Shown here one piece after another: positions 62,650-64,000 of a stretch of DNA of 64,000 bases. Every line of letters begins with the position of its first letter. The stretch's first letter is position 1. Under the pieces are notes generated by a model. That model worked only from the letters and a program-made list of their open reading frames with translations. It made no database searches and was not told the origin of the DNA. This DNA comes from Selaginella moellendorffii (taxonomy: Eukaryota; Plantae; Lycopodiophyta), in contig NW_003314273.1 in the NCBI RefSeq assembly GCF_000143415.4, forward strand, positions 506,074 through 570,073, given 5' to 3'. The position numbers and the translations under genes were made by a program.

Positions 62650-63325
62650 ATTTGGCCTAGGATTATGCCACTTTCCAGGCGGAGGTGTTTAAGAAGCATT
62701 TCAAGCAAGGGTTTCTTGGCTTGGTCTTTACCTCACATGGTAGTGGCTAATCCCACTTCACCACGAAGCACTTCCGGAGCATCACTGCATAGGCAATGCT
62801 GGCTTGGTAAATCCACTGCGTCAGGGTCACGCGTAATGTAGGGCTCTGTTGTTTTTCTCATGTACTTGCAAATGTTGTCAAGATCAGGCCTCAACACCGA
62901 GATCATGCTCACAAGCCCCAAGTTCGAGATGATCTCTTGTCCCTCACCCCAAGCTCGACGATCACGACCAGGAGCTTGTGACCGTACGGCCTCACAAGCT
63001 CGTCCAGTTTTTACAAAATCTTTGACTAGAAGGTGGCATTCTTGATCTTCGAGCGCTAGCGGGAGTATCTGGTTGAAAAGCTGGCCAAACTCTCGAGCTT
63101 TGTCATAGCCAGCTCCCTCTCTTGCCATTCTTCACCTTGAGTAGTAGCTTCATGATCTGCCTCTCGATCATGTCTCACCCTCAGACATGTCCTATTACTT
63201 GACATCCTCAGCCTTCATCGGCAAACCATCCAGATTTTTCTTCAAAACACCATACTCTTGACTGTGATCCTCCTCAGGGATCGTATACGCTGGAACCAGA
63301 GTTGGAGTTTCCACAGTTGGCAAGC
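62650..63325 (-). pseudogene. SF3B1: Splicing factor 3B subunit 1 (SF3b155) fragmentary pseudogene
   Basis: YTIPEED, IMKLLLKVKNG, DKAREFG, LFNQILP, LEDQECHLLVK, EGQEIISNL and MISVLRPDLDN follow the order of the SF3B1 HEAT-region motifs, with internal deletions, frameshifts and stops. Confidence 0.82.
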
Positions 63326-63427
63326 ATAGTTGGGGCTGATATTGGCTTAAAACTTTACGTTTTTAGATTAACTTAACCAAGCATTTTCTTAACAAATAGT
63401 TTTGCCCTAAAATCTCCGCGCTAGGTC

Positions 63428-64000
63428 ATGGCGGATCCCTCCGTGATCCAACAGGTGAGTAAGTCTGGATGGAGAGAATGCAGCACTCCCCCTTGGACGC
63501 TTTGTGCCTCGCAGGCTGTGGAGCAACAGGTGCTGACAGTTGCCAAGGTGATCGAGGAGCAGCTCGACGATGAGATCTCCAAGCTCGACAGGCTCGACGA
63601 CGACGATCTGGAGAGGCTGCGCGAGCAGCGCCTGGCGCAGATGAAGCTAATGGCCGCCAAGAGGCAGCAGTGGCTCGCCCTCGGCCATGGCGACTACCAG
63701 GAGATCCACTCGGAGAAGGATTTCTTCGCGGTGGCCAAGGCCAGCGAGCGCGTCGTGTGTCACTTTTACAGGGAAAACTGGCCCTGCAAGGTACATTCTC
63801 CTCTTCTTCCCTTTCTCTCTTTCTCTCTTCTGTTACGCAGCATTTCTTCCTTCTCAGGTGATGGACAAGCATCTCAACATCCTCGCAAAGCAACACCTCG
63901 AGACGAGATTCGTGAAGATCCATGCCGAGAAGAGCCCCTTCCTCACGGAGAGGCTCAAGATCGTCATGCTGCCCACGCTGGCTCTCATCAAGAAAGGCAA
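63428..64000 (+). CDS. PLP3: Phosducin-like protein 3 / thioredoxin domain-containing protein 9 (3' end beyond window)
   Basis: Spliced MADPSVIQQ-AVEQQVLTVAK...DLERLREQRL..GHGDYQEI..RVVCHFYRENWPCK-VMDKHL..LETRFVKIHAEKSPFLTERLKIVMLPTL. Confidence 0.93.
   Translation, partial: MADPSVIQQVSKSGWRECSTPPWTLCASQAVEQQVLTVAKVIEEQLDDEISKLDRLDDDDLERLREQRLAQMKLMAAKRQQWLALGHGDYQEIHSEKDFFAVAKASERVVCHFYRENWPCKVHSPLLPFLSFSLLLRSISSFSGDGQASQHPRKATPRDEIREDPCREEPLPHGEAQDRHAAHAGSHQERQ

Overview
Eukaryotic plant DNA, most likely a lycophyte such as Selaginella. This is an inference from the very short 40-100 nt GT-AG introns, tight gene packing, PLS-type PPR genes with elongated L motifs and a CVNH-like gene. The window has two halves. 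(1) About 1-46,900 is a repeat-rich region built from three tandem, partly rearranged copies of a large segment (offsets 23,573 and a further 18,009). The segment contains a decayed Ty3/gypsy element (gag, protease, RT/RH, integrase relics), a solo LTR, a 5S-rRNA-containing Cassandra-type solo LTR, an LRR-receptor relic and an E/K/Q-rich coiled-coil gene with a decayed tail. Copy 1 also carries a 5.9 kb ORF-less LTR element, and a Ty1/copia relic ends the region. (2) About 47,300-64,000 is gene-dense: PLS-E PPR, conserved unknown protein, FPG/MutM glycosylase, RPL37a, ARID-HMG, RING1, second PPR, a small secreted protein, an SF3B1 pseudogene and the 5' part of PLP3/TXNDC9. The most notable observations are a two-exon secreted cyanovirin-N-like (CVNH) gene that the ORF track only partly shows, a pair of 100-nt mutually exclusive exons in FPG separated by 39 nt, a Cassandra-like 5S-bearing LTR with a clean TSD, two micro-inversions that distinguish the tandem copies, and a possible splice/non-AUG switch at the RING1 5' end. 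All homology calls are by-eye motif recognition; no searches were run.
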